From a virus (lineage: Duplodnaviria; Caudoviricetes): a DNA stretch of 64,000 bases. This document shows positions 19,364 to 29,659 of this stretch, one piece after another. Positions within the stretch are counted from its first letter, which is position 1. Each line of letters starts with the position of its first letter. The stretch is from IMG/VR virus record IMGVR_UViG_2744054974_000002, positions 4,951 to 68,950 of that record; one strand, given 5' to 3'. A model generated the notes under the pieces. It had not been told where the DNA came from, searched no databases, and saw nothing but the letters and a program-made list of their open reading frames with translations. Made by a program: the position numbers and the translations under genes.

Positions 19364-22300
19364 TTAAAACATCCAAGGATTGAAATAAGCTACGCTCTCA
19401 TTAATTGAATACCCAAAAACTCTTTCTGTAAAGCTTGTTGAAGATCCTGCCATCAATGAACCTTTATTGATACTATGGAACATGTTTCCATTCTTAACAT
19501 CACCAACTAAGTTTTGTAATTCAACAGACATCTTGCCAAGATAATATCCTCTAAGTAATACAGATTTCATATCAGATAATGCAATTCCTAAAACTGCACT
19601 ATTAGAAAGATTTCCTTGTTCAGCATTTGCACTGTTATTCCATTTTCTCCAGATGCCATCATTACCTAAATAAACTAGTGTAGGTTTATCAACATTAGAG
19701 AATTTCTGATCGGCTAATATTTCACCCGTACCCTCGTAAGGAGAATTACCTAACTGTTCGTTTGCTTTTTGTTCTTCGAATACACTTATCTGTGACCCAT
19801 AATTTGAAACCCAATCTTCCGAACCATTACCATCTCCACCGCCAATATTATCTTGAATGAATTTCCAGTTTGGAATATCCATATCGCCGAATGAATGTTG
19901 GTTTTTATACGATTGGACATTTGCAAATTTTCCTTTACCGTCTGAAAACATCTCATACGCATTGCTACGTATATAAGCTGACTTTCCATTTCCAATAATG
20001 AATAGTGGTGAATAATTATTTATTGTATTGGTAGTAGCATTTTGAATAGGATGATTATAACGACCAGTTACAGTACACCCTCTTTGGTTGTTTTGTAAAA
20101 AAGGACCGGTTACAACTCCTTCCATTGCTGTATTTACAGAATAAGGACCTACTACTGTACCATAAGTTCCAAGATTAACGCTTAATGGACCTACAACTAT
20201 ACCATCATTTCCATCTGAATTAACAGATGTTCCAATTCCTATTGCATTAATTTTTGTTGCCCCACCTCCTTTTGTAATCGCAATAGCTCCATCGCGAGTA
20301 GCAAGTGAATCATAATTTCTGATTTTTAAACCTCCTTGTGGTGTATGTTCCCAAATCGAGTCAGCTCCTTGAGCTAACTTAGCTACAACATAATCAGCCA
20401 ATACTTTAGTGGGCCATACTCTATTAGAAGTATCCGTTCCAGCATTAAGTAATGCTAATGTTCCAGCTGAATAAGTTGTGTTTGTAGGAACAACCCATGT
20501 ACCATCCTCTCTTAAATATCTTGTAGCAGTAGTACCACCAGGCATAGGAACTAACCCAGGAACTGTTCTAGTAAACACAGAATATGTTGTATCGGTGGTC
20601 ACATAACCTCTAGATGTAACCCAATCTTGTGTTGCAGGATTTACTAAATTACCTGAATGCCAAAAAGAATACCAATCTCTATAATTACCTGCTTCCAATC
20701 CTCTAAACCAAATATTTGCATTTCTACTTGCTATTTGAAAACCGTAATCTGCTAATCCTGACAATGTAATCACTGTTGAATTAGTATTGTTTGGTCTATT
20801 AGCTCCTGTAGCATATACAACAGAATCTTTCTGTAAGTCTAAGTCTGCACCTACTGATTTACTTCTAAAGATTCTATTATCTCCTAAGTTTAAATATTTT
20901 CCAATATGTGTACCCCAATCAAAAGCTTGTTTCCATTGAGAAGAATCTCCATGTAAATTTGTCTTTATAGTACCGACAACATCTAAAGCTTCTGAAGGTA
21001 GTATAGTACCACTTAATCCAATACCTACTTTACCATCAGTTGTCCACCTAATAGTGTTTGTTTGATTGTACGCAGTACCTCCAATGTAACCATATCGTAA
21101 TATACCTCCTTCACCGTAATGACCTATAACATCTAATGATATATCGTTATGCTTAGTTCTGTGTAAAGTTCTAGCCCAAGCACCATTGATTGTAACCATA
21201 TCTCTTTCTAATAGAGCATAGTTATCAGTTTTCATTATTAATCCTGTAGAAGCTGAAGAAGTTAAAGGACCTGTCATAGTATCCCCTGTTTTCTTAACAA
21301 ATCCTGCAGTACTAGCAGTGATGTAGCCACTATCATTATTTAATTGAGAAACATTAGTCAAGTTACCATCATGATAAATCTTATTATCTCTACCCCATTC
21401 TCCTTCAGTATTTGTATGCGATAAGTAAAAATCTTGAGGTGTGTTCATCGTACTTTGCGTATGTGCAGGTCCAGAAATCTTCCAAGCAGCATATAATGAA
21501 GTCCAACCTTTACTTATAATACTTGTATGATACCTATTATTAATATAATGAAATAATGAAAATGTTGTAGATGAGGGTATGATTCGAGAATTTGGTAGAT
21601 AATTCACAGTACCGTCTGACTCTAATCCTGATTGTGTACTTCTAGTATCTATAACAGTAGTTCCAAGATAAGTTCTAGTTGTTTCATTACTTGATGTACT
21701 GTCTGAGTAATTAAACCTAAGACCGTAGTTTGGTGATGCGAGTACAGACAATTTAGTAACAATGCTAGACGCATTACCCGTATGCCATAGCTCGTGCCAA
21801 CCATTAGTTGCATTTGCTGACCATCCTCGTATGAATGCTCTACCAGTCCAATGTCCTGCTAAATCAAAAGCATATCTCGAATTACCAACATATGAAGTAC
21901 CATATATGTTATCACTAATACCTGTTATTCCGTGGTCGCCTCCTTTATGTAAAGATGTGACTAATATTTTTGTTTTATCCCAAGAATCAATTCCAGATAA
22001 TCCTGCAGTACCTAAACCATAATCTCTAAAATCCCCTCTATTGAAAGCAGTGTCCCAATTCGATATTCTAGGATCGTCAGAAAATAAAACTGTTGCATCT
22101 GTCAAATCTGTTTTTACTATTCTCCTAAAAGCTGGTGTACCATTCATTGCAATAGGAGCCATAAATGAAGTACCTTGTAATTGGTTTTTTAAGGATACAA
22201 CTAAACTACGATTATTGTAATCTAAGCTTTCAGTATTTAAATTAAAGATAGAAGGAAATGCAACTGATAAACCTGGCATATATGATTCCTTACTAGCTGT

Positions 22301-22432
22301 ACTTATTGTTCCTAATTCTCGCTTAAATAAGTTTCCATCAGTTTGAACAATAGCAGAGAAACTACTATTAGAAGTAGGTAAGTTCTCAATAGTAGCAGTA
22401 CCTTGAATTATAAAATCTCCTTCTATTCTCAT
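19364..22432 (-). CDS. long tail fibre / receptor-binding protein
   Basis: G/S/T/N-rich; repeated W..+WH.GN knob ends; V.K.GDTMTG.L; YadA-head-like G..VVGP.S repeats. Confidence 0.8.
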   Translation of the reverse strand: MRIEGDFIIQGTATIENLPTSNSSFSAIVQTDGNLFKRELGTISTASKESYMPGLSVAFPSIFNLNTESLDYNNRSLVVSLKNQLQGTSFMAPIAMNGTPAFRRIVKTDLTDATVLFSDDPRISNWDTAFNRGDFRDYGLGTAGLSGIDSWDKTKILVTSLHKGGDHGITGISDNIYGTSYVGNSRYAFDLAGHWTGRAFIRGWSANATNGWHELWHTGNASSIVTKLSVLASPNYGLRFNYSDSTSSNETTRTYLGTTVIDTRSTQSGLESDGTVNYLPNSRIIPSSTTFSLFHYINNRYHTSIISKGWTSLYAAWKISGPAHTQSTMNTPQDFYLSHTNTEGEWGRDNKIYHDGNLTNVSQLNNDSGYITASTAGFVKKTGDTMTGPLTSSASTGLIMKTDNYALLERDMVTINGAWARTLHRTKHNDISLDVIGHYGEGGILRYGYIGGTAYNQTNTIRWTTDGKVGIGLSGTILPSEALDVVGTIKTNLHGDSSQWKQAFDWGTHIGKYLNLGDNRIFRSKSVGADLDLQKDSVVYATGANRPNNTNSTVITLSGLADYGFQIASRNANIWFRGLEAGNYRDWYSFWHSGNLVNPATQDWVTSRGYVTTDTTYSVFTRTVPGLVPMPGGTTATRYLREDGTWVVPTNTTYSAGTLALLNAGTDTSNRVWPTKVLADYVVAKLAQGADSIWEHTPQGGLKIRNYDSLATRDGAIAITKGGGATKINAIGIGTSVNSDGNDGIVVGPLSVNLGTYGTVVGPYSVNTAMEGVVTGPFLQNNQRGCTVTGRYNHPIQNATTNTINNYSPLFIIGNGKSAYIRSNAYEMFSDGKGKFANVQSYKNQHSFGDMDIPNWKFIQDNIGGGDGNGSEDWVSNYGSQISVFEEQKANEQLGNSPYEGTGEILADQKFSNVDKPTLVYLGNDGIWRKWNNSANAEQGNLSNSAVLGIALSDMKSVLLRGYYLGKMSVELQNLVGDVKNGNMFHSINKGSLMAGSSTSFTERVFGYSINESVAYFNPWMF

Positions 22433-22435
22433 TTA

Positions 22436-23638
22436 TTATGCTATTGTAATGATTACTACTTTTACTTTATTTAAACCAGGAGGTCGTCCAAATGAAGCTT
22501 GTATTTGAGTATTGCTTATAGGTAAATAATCAACTAATATTTTTTGTTCTGATGGCATTTCAAAAAATTCTGCTATAAGATTCCTTGTATTAGCTCCATG
22601 AGTTATAGGATATTTAATATTTGTGGTGTCACCAAAAACAGCCGTATAACCTTGGTTAACCGAGGCATCCACAACAGCCTTAACCTTAGCAGGTGTCATT
22701 ATTGTTGTGTTGTCTGTACCTTCTAAAGCTTCTGCGTTTGTGGCTATCTTAGCAAGACCTGTACGAGATTCAGTAGCTGTTCTAGCGGATAATCCAGCTG
22801 GAGTAATTGCTTTAGTATTGTTTGTACCTGTTTGAACTTCGGCATTTGTTGCTAGCATAACCATTCCTAGGATAGTAGTAGTCGCTTGGTCCGCATTAGT
22901 CTGCAAGAAAATATAATCGTTTGCATTAGTATTGCTAGGATTATCCTTATTTGCAATAATTACATCCCCCACTTGAAAAGGAACTCCTTGGATAGAACCT
23001 GCAATGGTTACATACCAAAAATCTGCTTTCTTTGTATTGGTGCCCCCTGGAAAGTTTGTATTGGCAGCCGCATCATAACCACCTACTAATTTACCTAATC
23101 CAGCTACTGCAGCATCAACATAAGCTTTTACAGCTCCACTTGTTACAAGTGAAGCTCCATTTGCTCCTGATAAATCATTTGCATTAATAATTGGAATCGC
23201 TGAAGATACACCGGTACTTGCAGCAGTTCGACCAATAACGGTCATTGTCGGAATATCATTTATCTTAGCGAACGTGATATTCTTATCAGTTACTTTAACT
23301 GTTGTTACTGAATTCGAAGCTAATTTTGCAGTAGTAACACCTGCATCTTTTATTCTTACAACACCTGATCCTATTTCGATTGTAGTGTTATCAAGATTAA
23401 GATTTAGTGTTGCAATTCCATCAGCTTGAGCAACATTGATGCCTCCATCTGTGTTTTCTACCTTATCTAAAGAACCTAACTTAACCCATCTTGTGCCATT
23501 CCAAAATAAAATAGCTTTATCTGTTGTGTTAGTGTAAATTTGACCTTCAACAGGATTTGCTGGCGGTTGAGGGCGTGGATCTAACGGTATATTAATTACC
23601 GCATATTGATCTACATTTAATACGTCTCCTATTCTCAT
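22436..23638 (-). CDS. tail fibre protein
   Basis: VTTAKLA/VTTVKV repeats and T4-fibre-like AT...G...+ATNAE repeats. Confidence 0.75.
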   Translation of the reverse strand: MRIGDVLNVDQYAVINIPLDPRPQPPANPVEGQIYTNTTDKAILFWNGTRWVKLGSLDKVENTDGGINVAQADGIATLNLNLDNTTIEIGSGVVRIKDAGVTTAKLASNSVTTVKVTDKNITFAKINDIPTMTVIGRTAASTGVSSAIPIINANDLSGANGASLVTSGAVKAYVDAAVAGLGKLVGGYDAAANTNFPGGTNTKKADFWYVTIAGSIQGVPFQVGDVIIANKDNPSNTNANDYIFLQTNADQATTTILGMVMLATNAEVQTGTNNTKAITPAGLSARTATESRTGLAKIATNAEALEGTDNTTIMTPAKVKAVVDASVNQGYTAVFGDTTNIKYPITHGANTRNLIAEFFEMPSEQKILVDYLPISNTQIQASFGRPPGLNKVKVVIITIA

Positions 23639-23640
23639 TC

Positions 23641-24072
23641 TTACTTGATTAATACAATTCCAGTTTGGGGCTTTCCGAACTTGACAATGATTATATTTAA
23701 ATCTTCTTCGTAATGTATAGTAGTTAAAATCTTTTCTGTTCCGATTATTACTGTTGGTTCTACGTATCTACCTAAGTTATGAGGAATAACAACTTCAGAT
23801 AAATTACTGAATTGGTAAGTTTTGCCTGCAATATCCTTTGCTGTAGCGAACTTGTCAACTCCATTTTCACCATCATTAATTAAATCAGATGTTTTTTTTG
23901 GTACCTCAAAATCTATTTCAACCTCTTTTTTAATTACTTCAGTTAAACTCTTAACTGAAAAGGTTTTGGTTTGAAGCACTTTTTTATTAGCGGAATCAGT
24001 ACCTATAAGGTAATCTTCAAGAGTTACATTGTAATCTTCAGGGTAGACCTCTTTATTACTAATCTTTGCCAT
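23641..24072 (-). CDS. tail fibre-associated protein
   Basis: MAKIS..YP...D.LIGTD start, VP.KTSDL.ND and I.HNLG motifs. Confidence 0.65.
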   Translation of the reverse strand: MAKISNKEVYPEDYNVTLEDYLIGTDSANKKVLQTKTFSVKSLTEVIKKEVEIDFEVPKKTSDLINDGENGVDKFATAKDIAGKTYQFSNLSEVVIPHNLGRYVEPTVIIGTEKILTTIHYEEDLNIIIVKFGKPQTGIVLIK

Positions 24073-24073
24073 T

Positions 24074-24133
24074 ATAAATAAAATCTATTATTAAATCAAA
24101 GATAATAAGTTTTATCTATTATTTGTATATTTG
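24074..24133. promoter_or_regulatory. divergent late promoters
   Basis: Minus-strand TATCTTTG (24097-24104) between ATAA-N7-CTAT boxes at 24074-24088 and 24105-24119; plus-strand TATATTTG at 24126-24133. Confidence 0.55.
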
Positions 24134-24168
24134 TTATATAAAAACTGCTGATTATAAAACTTTTAATT

Positions 24169-27100
24169 ATGCCAAACATCAGAAGAACATTTGTAAAAGG
24201 AGTAATGAATAAGGATGTTGATGAACGTCTTTTAGATGATGGTTACTACCGACATGCTGAAAATATTATAATAAACACATCTGAAGGAAGTGATGTTGGT
24301 GCAATTGAAAAGTGTTTGTCCAACAAGCAACTCATAAATTTTTCAGGCTTATTTAGCCTTGGAAGTAATATAGAAACAGTTGGCTCATACAGTGATGAAG
24401 CTAAAAACAAACTTTATTGGTGGGTAATTTCTAGTAAAGGTTGTTACCTTTTCGGGTACGATTTTAATACAAAAACTATTGAAGGAATACTACTTGATTC
24501 TAGGCCTTTATCAACAAGAGTGCTTAAGTTAAAAAGGAATACCAAAATCACAGGGATAGCTAAGATTATTTCTGAGGATGATTCAAAAGACATGTTGTTG
24601 TGGACAGACAATAATATGGAAATTTGCTGTATTAATATTCAGCGCGCAAAGTCATATTACGCAAATGAATTTCAAAAGGAAGATATTTATTTAATCAAGA
24701 AACCGCCAACTAAAGCACCAAGAATACAAAAAACATTTGATAGACTTTCTTCTAATAATATAGAAGAAAAATTCATCTCTTTTTCCTATCGTTATAAATA
24801 TCTTGATGGAGAATTTTCTGCAATGGCCCCGTTTACTGAATGCGCTTTTGAACCAAAAGAATTGGAAATTGATTTTTCTACTCAAGATAACTTGAGTATG
24901 ATCAATAAGTTTAATTCGGTAAAGGTTTTTTTTAATACTGGAGATAAACGTGTAAAAGAAATCCAGGTTCTTGCAAAAGAATCAAATTCTAACAATGTTT
25001 ATATTGTTGAAACTTTCAATAAGAAAAAAGAAAGTATTGGTCACAATCAAGAGAAAAGCTTGAGTTATTCAAATAATAAACTTTACAAGGTTTTGCCTGA
25101 AAAAGATTTTTTCAAGCAGTATGATAATGTCCCAAGAAAAGCAAAAGCCCTTGATGTTATTGGTAATCGTGTCGTATTAGGCAACTACACAGAAGGTTAT
25201 GATTTAAAGGATAACCAAAAAAAAGATATTAATATTGATTTTAGATTAAGTAGTACTTCATCAGAAATTGATAAGGGCTTAATAACTTCTGTTAATTCAG
25301 GAACACAGCAATTGAAGTTAAACAACAGACTAAATCTATATAAAAAAGGGTACGGAATTAAAGTCTTTTTAGACGTTTTGAATGATTATTATTCTGAAGG
25401 TAATCCGAACTATGAGGCTACCTTAATTTCAGAAACATTTTTATTTACACTGTATAAAGATTTCTCTAGTCTAAATGAAATATATAATGACAATGCTTTT
25501 TCTGATTTTACTAACAGTATTAATTATTATATAGAAGCAAATATTGCCAATTGGAAACTAAGTCCAACTGATACTATAAATGAGTACCCGAAAGTGAGTT
25601 TTCGATTTTTAGGCAATGATTTGTTGTTAAATATTAGTCATGGATTGCTTACACAAGGACCAGCAGGAGGAGGCCAATTATGGACTAAGTTTTCCGATGA
25701 AGCCTATTTTTCAGTTGTTGAGGCTGGGAAAGGACAATCCTTAAAATCAAATCGAGATTATGAAGCAGCAATTGTCTATGCTGATGAATTTGGGAGATGT
25801 TCAACTGCTATAACTTCTTTAGAAAATTCGATTTATATTGATCCAAGCAAATCAGCATCAATTAATAAGTTGCAGATAGAGATAAAAAACAAAGCCCCTT
25901 ATTGGGCAACCTCTTATAGATTTGCTATCAAATCGGCTCCCTTAAATTATTCAAATATAATTGTAAGTAGGTTTTATGTTGAGGATGATTTTGTATGGTG
26001 TAAACTAGAAGGAAGTTCTAAAGACAAAGTCAATGAAGGTGATATTCTTATTCTAAAAAAAGATACTTCTGCAGAAGCAACTAAACTCACGACTATCCCT
26101 ATCCTTGAAAAGAAGAGCCAACCTAAAGATTTTATTCAGGGAAATAAAGATGCTAGTGGAAATGATATCATAGAAGAAGCAGGTACATATATCCGGATAA
26201 AAGCAAAAGATTTTGTAATGAATGAAAACAATTACAAAATTTATCAAGATTCAAAAAGCGATACTAGAAAAAGTAGAGGTAGATATCCAGACGTAACATT
26301 AGTTCTTCCTATTGATGGAAATTGGGGAAGTTTAGACTTAACAGAAGGATCAAGTGTTTATCTATGGATGTATTCTAGAAATCATTTAGACGAAGGTTGG
26401 CAAGAAAATACATTTGAAAAGGAATGGTTAATTAATAAAGAGAATTATAATCTTCAAAAATGGTTTGATGAATATATAAATGGAAAGGATTTATGGGGTA
26501 CTTCTGGAAATGATATTAAAAACTATAATGAAGAGATTCCTGGTAGAAGAAGTGAGATAAAAAAAGTTAATGTGAATGGTAAAGACGGGCTTTATATTGA
26601 TGGAACTCATAGTGCTTCATCTGGTGGAAGAAGAGGATATTTAGATGCGAAAATGGTGGTCCGAACAAATACTGGATATTACATTTTTGAAACAGAGGAA
26701 AAAAAGAATTTGGATACTGGTATATTTTACAAAACATCGCAATCATTTGACATCATTAATGGGTTACATCAAGGTAACTTATCAAATCAAACATCAAATT
26801 CTGCCGCTAAAATTGAATTAGATTTCTTCAACTGTTTTGCTTTTGGCAACGGATTAGAATCATATCAAATAAAAGATAAGTTCAATGCGAATGCTTTGAA
26901 TATTGATTTGCAACCAACTTCAACAAGTGAAGATGATTATTCGGAAGTTACTAGGTATTCTGATTTGACTTATTCCGAATCATTTATAGAATCTACGGGG
27001 TTCAATGGGATTAGTAGTTTCAACCAAACCTTAATCAATTGGAAGGAATTAGATAAAGGGAATGGTCCCATTCAAAAGATCGTTGCAAGAGAAGGTAATT

Positions 27101-28470
27101 TGCTTGTTTACCAAACAGATAAAGTTTCTCAAGTAATGTATGGAAAAGATGTGATGTATAATGCTGATGGTACTTCAAATGTAGCCAAAGTTCCCTATGT
27201 ATTAGGTGAATCCGTTCCTTATGCAGGAGAATATGGAATGTCACACCCAGAATCATTTGAAAAAGAAGGTAATCGATGTTATTGGGTAGATGCTAAGCGT
27301 GGGCAAGTACTTCGCTTATCAAATAATGGAATTAGCCCAATTACCTATGGTTTGGAAGGATGGTTTAGAGATAATTTAACCAATAAACAAAATGCTAAAA
27401 TACTCGGAGGATATGATCCTTATACTAAACTATTTAATTTGACAATTGGAGATACACCAAATTATATCTCTCAAATAGTTAGTGGTTCTGAATTGGCAAG
27501 ATATCGAGTAAGTGATGAATTTGTTTTTGAATTAGCCTTGTCTAGACGAGTTGGTCAAACTATTTTTGAATACGATATTACAGAGGGCAGAGCTACTATT
27601 TCAGCAACATACGCTGGACGAGAATATGTAGAATCCAATGTGACCGGAATCGGACAACTTATTATCAATGTTGACGAAACAGAAACTACAGAAATACAAA
27701 CAACAGTAGTTCCTACAACAGAAACTGCGACATATTCTATTCGCTCATTTTCCCCTGAAGGAATTTCACAACGAATCACATTTATTACCTTGTCAAATGA
27801 TATGGTTTATGGACTTAATGTGAATCATAGTATTTCTATAAATGGCGGGCCAGAATTCTTTGATCAATTACTTATAGAAGATAATAACATAAATCAGTTT
27901 TCAGAAGAAATAGGCATCCAAGGAGAAGGTAAGTTCCCTAAGAAATCTGATACTATAACATTGAGAAGTTATAGTGATAACGATATAGCTGATTTAGCTA
28001 TTGGTTATGTTATATCAGATGAAAATTATTCAGAATCAGATCTACCTAAACTTATTAGCCAGGTTGTTCCATTAAAAACTACAAGCGGAAAAGAGATTGA
28101 GGGTTCATTTGATTTTACTTCTGAAGGTAATATTTATTTCGTCTATAATTATGGAGGATACAACCCTAATTATGAAAAAGTGTTGCCACCCTCTTATTTT
28201 GAATTAGGAATTGGAGCAGATAAATCCTCAATCGATGTTAAGTTTAAAAATGAGCAGGATAATTCCATTGTGAAAGGAAATGAAATCTCATATAGAAACT
28301 CAAAGGAAACACAATGGAGTGAAATTATATTTATTCCATATGTTGATAGTACTGAGCAAAATCACACTATTTCTGATTTATCCAATGGGTCAGAATATGA
28401 GGTAAGAATTAGAACAATAGGTATTGATAATAGTACTTCTGATTATTTAATTGAAACGATTGCACTATGA
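24169..28470 (+). CDS. tail stabilization/muzzle protein (N-terminal part) with added C-terminal domains, including an Fn3-like domain
   Basis: F.KG.MNKD.DER...G.YR.A.N start; FSYRYKY.DGE.S; GNR.V.GNY.EGY; YAGEYG.S.PESF; GGYDP; C-terminal ISDL..G.EYEVRIR. Confidence 0.8.
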   Translation: MPNIRRTFVKGVMNKDVDERLLDDGYYRHAENIIINTSEGSDVGAIEKCLSNKQLINFSGLFSLGSNIETVGSYSDEAKNKLYWWVISSKGCYLFGYDFNTKTIEGILLDSRPLSTRVLKLKRNTKITGIAKIISEDDSKDMLLWTDNNMEICCINIQRAKSYYANEFQKEDIYLIKKPPTKAPRIQKTFDRLSSNNIEEKFISFSYRYKYLDGEFSAMAPFTECAFEPKELEIDFSTQDNLSMINKFNSVKVFFNTGDKRVKEIQVLAKESNSNNVYIVETFNKKKESIGHNQEKSLSYSNNKLYKVLPEKDFFKQYDNVPRKAKALDVIGNRVVLGNYTEGYDLKDNQKKDINIDFRLSSTSSEIDKGLITSVNSGTQQLKLNNRLNLYKKGYGIKVFLDVLNDYYSEGNPNYEATLISETFLFTLYKDFSSLNEIYNDNAFSDFTNSINYYIEANIANWKLSPTDTINEYPKVSFRFLGNDLLLNISHGLLTQGPAGGGQLWTKFSDEAYFSVVEAGKGQSLKSNRDYEAAIVYADEFGRCSTAITSLENSIYIDPSKSASINKLQIEIKNKAPYWATSYRFAIKSAPLNYSNIIVSRFYVEDDFVWCKLEGSSKDKVNEGDILILKKDTSAEATKLTTIPILEKKSQPKDFIQGNKDASGNDIIEEAGTYIRIKAKDFVMNENNYKIYQDSKSDTRKSRGRYPDVTLVLPIDGNWGSLDLTEGSSVYLWMYSRNHLDEGWQENTFEKEWLINKENYNLQKWFDEYINGKDLWGTSGNDIKNYNEEIPGRRSEIKKVNVNGKDGLYIDGTHSASSGGRRGYLDAKMVVRTNTGYYIFETEEKKNLDTGIFYKTSQSFDIINGLHQGNLSNQTSNSAAKIELDFFNCFAFGNGLESYQIKDKFNANALNIDLQPTSTSEDDYSEVTRYSDLTYSESFIESTGFNGISSFNQTLINWKELDKGNGPIQKIVAREGNLLVYQTDKVSQVMYGKDVMYNADGTSNVAKVPYVLGESVPYAGEYGMSHPESFEKEGNRCYWVDAKRGQVLRLSNNGISPITYGLEGWFRDNLTNKQNAKILGGYDPYTKLFNLTIGDTPNYISQIVSGSELARYRVSDEFVFELALSRRVGQTIFEYDITEGRATISATYAGREYVESNVTGIGQLIINVDETETTEIQTTVVPTTETATYSIRSFSPEGISQRITFITLSNDMVYGLNVNHSISINGGPEFFDQLLIEDNNINQFSEEIGIQGEGKFPKKSDTITLRSYSDNDIADLAIGYVISDENYSESDLPKLISQVVPLKTTSGKEIEGSFDFTSEGNIYFVYNYGGYNPNYEKVLPPSYFELGIGADKSSIDVKFKNEQDNSIVKGNEISYRNSKETQWSEIIFIPYVDSTEQNHTISDLSNGSEYEVRIRTIGIDNSTSDYLIETIAL

Positions 28471-29186
28471 AAACATTAGGGTTTAAAGAAAAAGAAACTG
28501 GATGGGTGTCATTCTTTAGTTTTTTGCCTGACGCTTATTTACGACTTGGCGGAACTGCCTTTGTTATTAAAGACGGAAACCTTTGGCAGCAGAATGATAA
28601 ATCTAATCCAATTACCAATACTTTTTTTGGTGTAAAGTATCCATCAAAAATAAATACAGTGTTTAATGAGGTCCAAACCGATGACAAGATTTTCAAAACA
28701 TTTGTAATCGAAGGTAGCTCGTCTTGGGATGTTGAAATAAAGACTAACCTTACAAGAACTTCTTTAAAAGCTACGGACTTCAGTAAAAAGGAAAGTAGAT
28801 ACTTTGCTTATTTGCGAGGAAATGAACAAGTAGGTGACTTTAGCGGAAATGCACAAGGAATAGGAATTTGCCAAAGTAATAATTCTGACACCTTATTCTT
28901 TAAAACTGTTTCTGTACTTAGTAATATTGGTGATCAACTATTCAAACTAGATGGTGATAAATCACTTTTTGTCGGAAATATTATTGAAAAAACAGATAGT
29001 TCAATTCGAGTAGATGTCAGTCTAGTGGATAACCTCAACGGTTTTTATTTTTTCTCTAGCCGAAATGCAAGAGCAGATGGCGGAGAAATACGAGGTTATT
29101 ATGCCGATATAGAAATGGAAAATAACGATGATAAGCAAGTTGAATTATTTGCTATCAATGCTAACGTAATTAAATCATATGTTTAA
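28467..29186 (+). CDS. C-terminal portion of stabilization/muzzle protein encoded as a separate gene
   Basis: TL.F.E...GW.SF.S..PD, N.FFG, F.KKE, G.+RGYY and ELFA+ motifs; ATGA overlap with the upstream gene. Confidence 0.65.
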   Translation: MKTLGFKEKETGWVSFFSFLPDAYLRLGGTAFVIKDGNLWQQNDKSNPITNTFFGVKYPSKINTVFNEVQTDDKIFKTFVIEGSSSWDVEIKTNLTRTSLKATDFSKKESRYFAYLRGNEQVGDFSGNAQGIGICQSNNSDTLFFKTVSVLSNIGDQLFKLDGDKSLFVGNIIEKTDSSIRVDVSLVDNLNGFYFFSSRNARADGGEIRGYYADIEMENNDDKQVELFAINANVIKSYV

Positions 29187-29580
29187 CGCACGAGTTTTAA
29201 AAGAAGAAGATTACCAAGAATTGGTTTCTTGGTGGACCTGGTGGAGATTCCCTCCTCCCCTACAAGAAATGTTGCCTAACAATGGAACTTGTGGTATTAT
29301 GCTTTCAAAAGAAGGTGTTAATATCTGTGCAGGATTCATATACTATACTAATTCAAAAATGTGCTGGATTGAGTTTATTGTGTCGAATCCAAACTATCGC
29401 GAATCCGATAGAAAAGAAGCCTTAGTTTCGCTTATTAATGAACTTGGAGAAATAGCTAAAAGTAAAGGATTTAAAGTTGCTTATACCAATCTAAAAAACG
29501 CTTCATTGATTAATCACTTCTCAGATTGTCAATACATTAAAGGATCTACTCATACTATAGAAATGATTAAACTGCTATAA
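29179..29580 (+). CDS. putative GNAT-like protein
   Basis: ICAGFIY.TNS..CWIEFIVSNP.YR; sits before the ejection genes, as in podoviruses. Confidence 0.55.
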   Translation: MFNARVLKEEDYQELVSWWTWWRFPPPLQEMLPNNGTCGIMLSKEGVNICAGFIYYTNSKMCWIEFIVSNPNYRESDRKEALVSLINELGEIAKSKGFKVAYTNLKNASLINHFSDCQYIKGSTHTIEMIKLL

Positions 29581-29654
29581 GTTTTAGTTATAGTAATTTA
29601 AAATACAATAGATTTTATTTATTATCTTTGAATAACGTAATAAGTAAAATCTAT
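29577..29654 (+). promoter_or_regulatory. late promoter TATCTTTG with three ATAR-N7-YTAT boxes
   Basis: -7 box at 29623-29630; boxes at 29577-29591, 29608-29622 and 29640-29654. Confidence 0.55.
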
Positions 29655-29659
29655 TTTTT

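Noticed and set aside
19364-23638. Diversity-generating retroelement or invertible tail-fibre cassette
   Set aside because: No reverse transcriptase or invertase is present, and I found no TR/VR-like nucleotide repeat pair; the repeats are at the protein-motif level.
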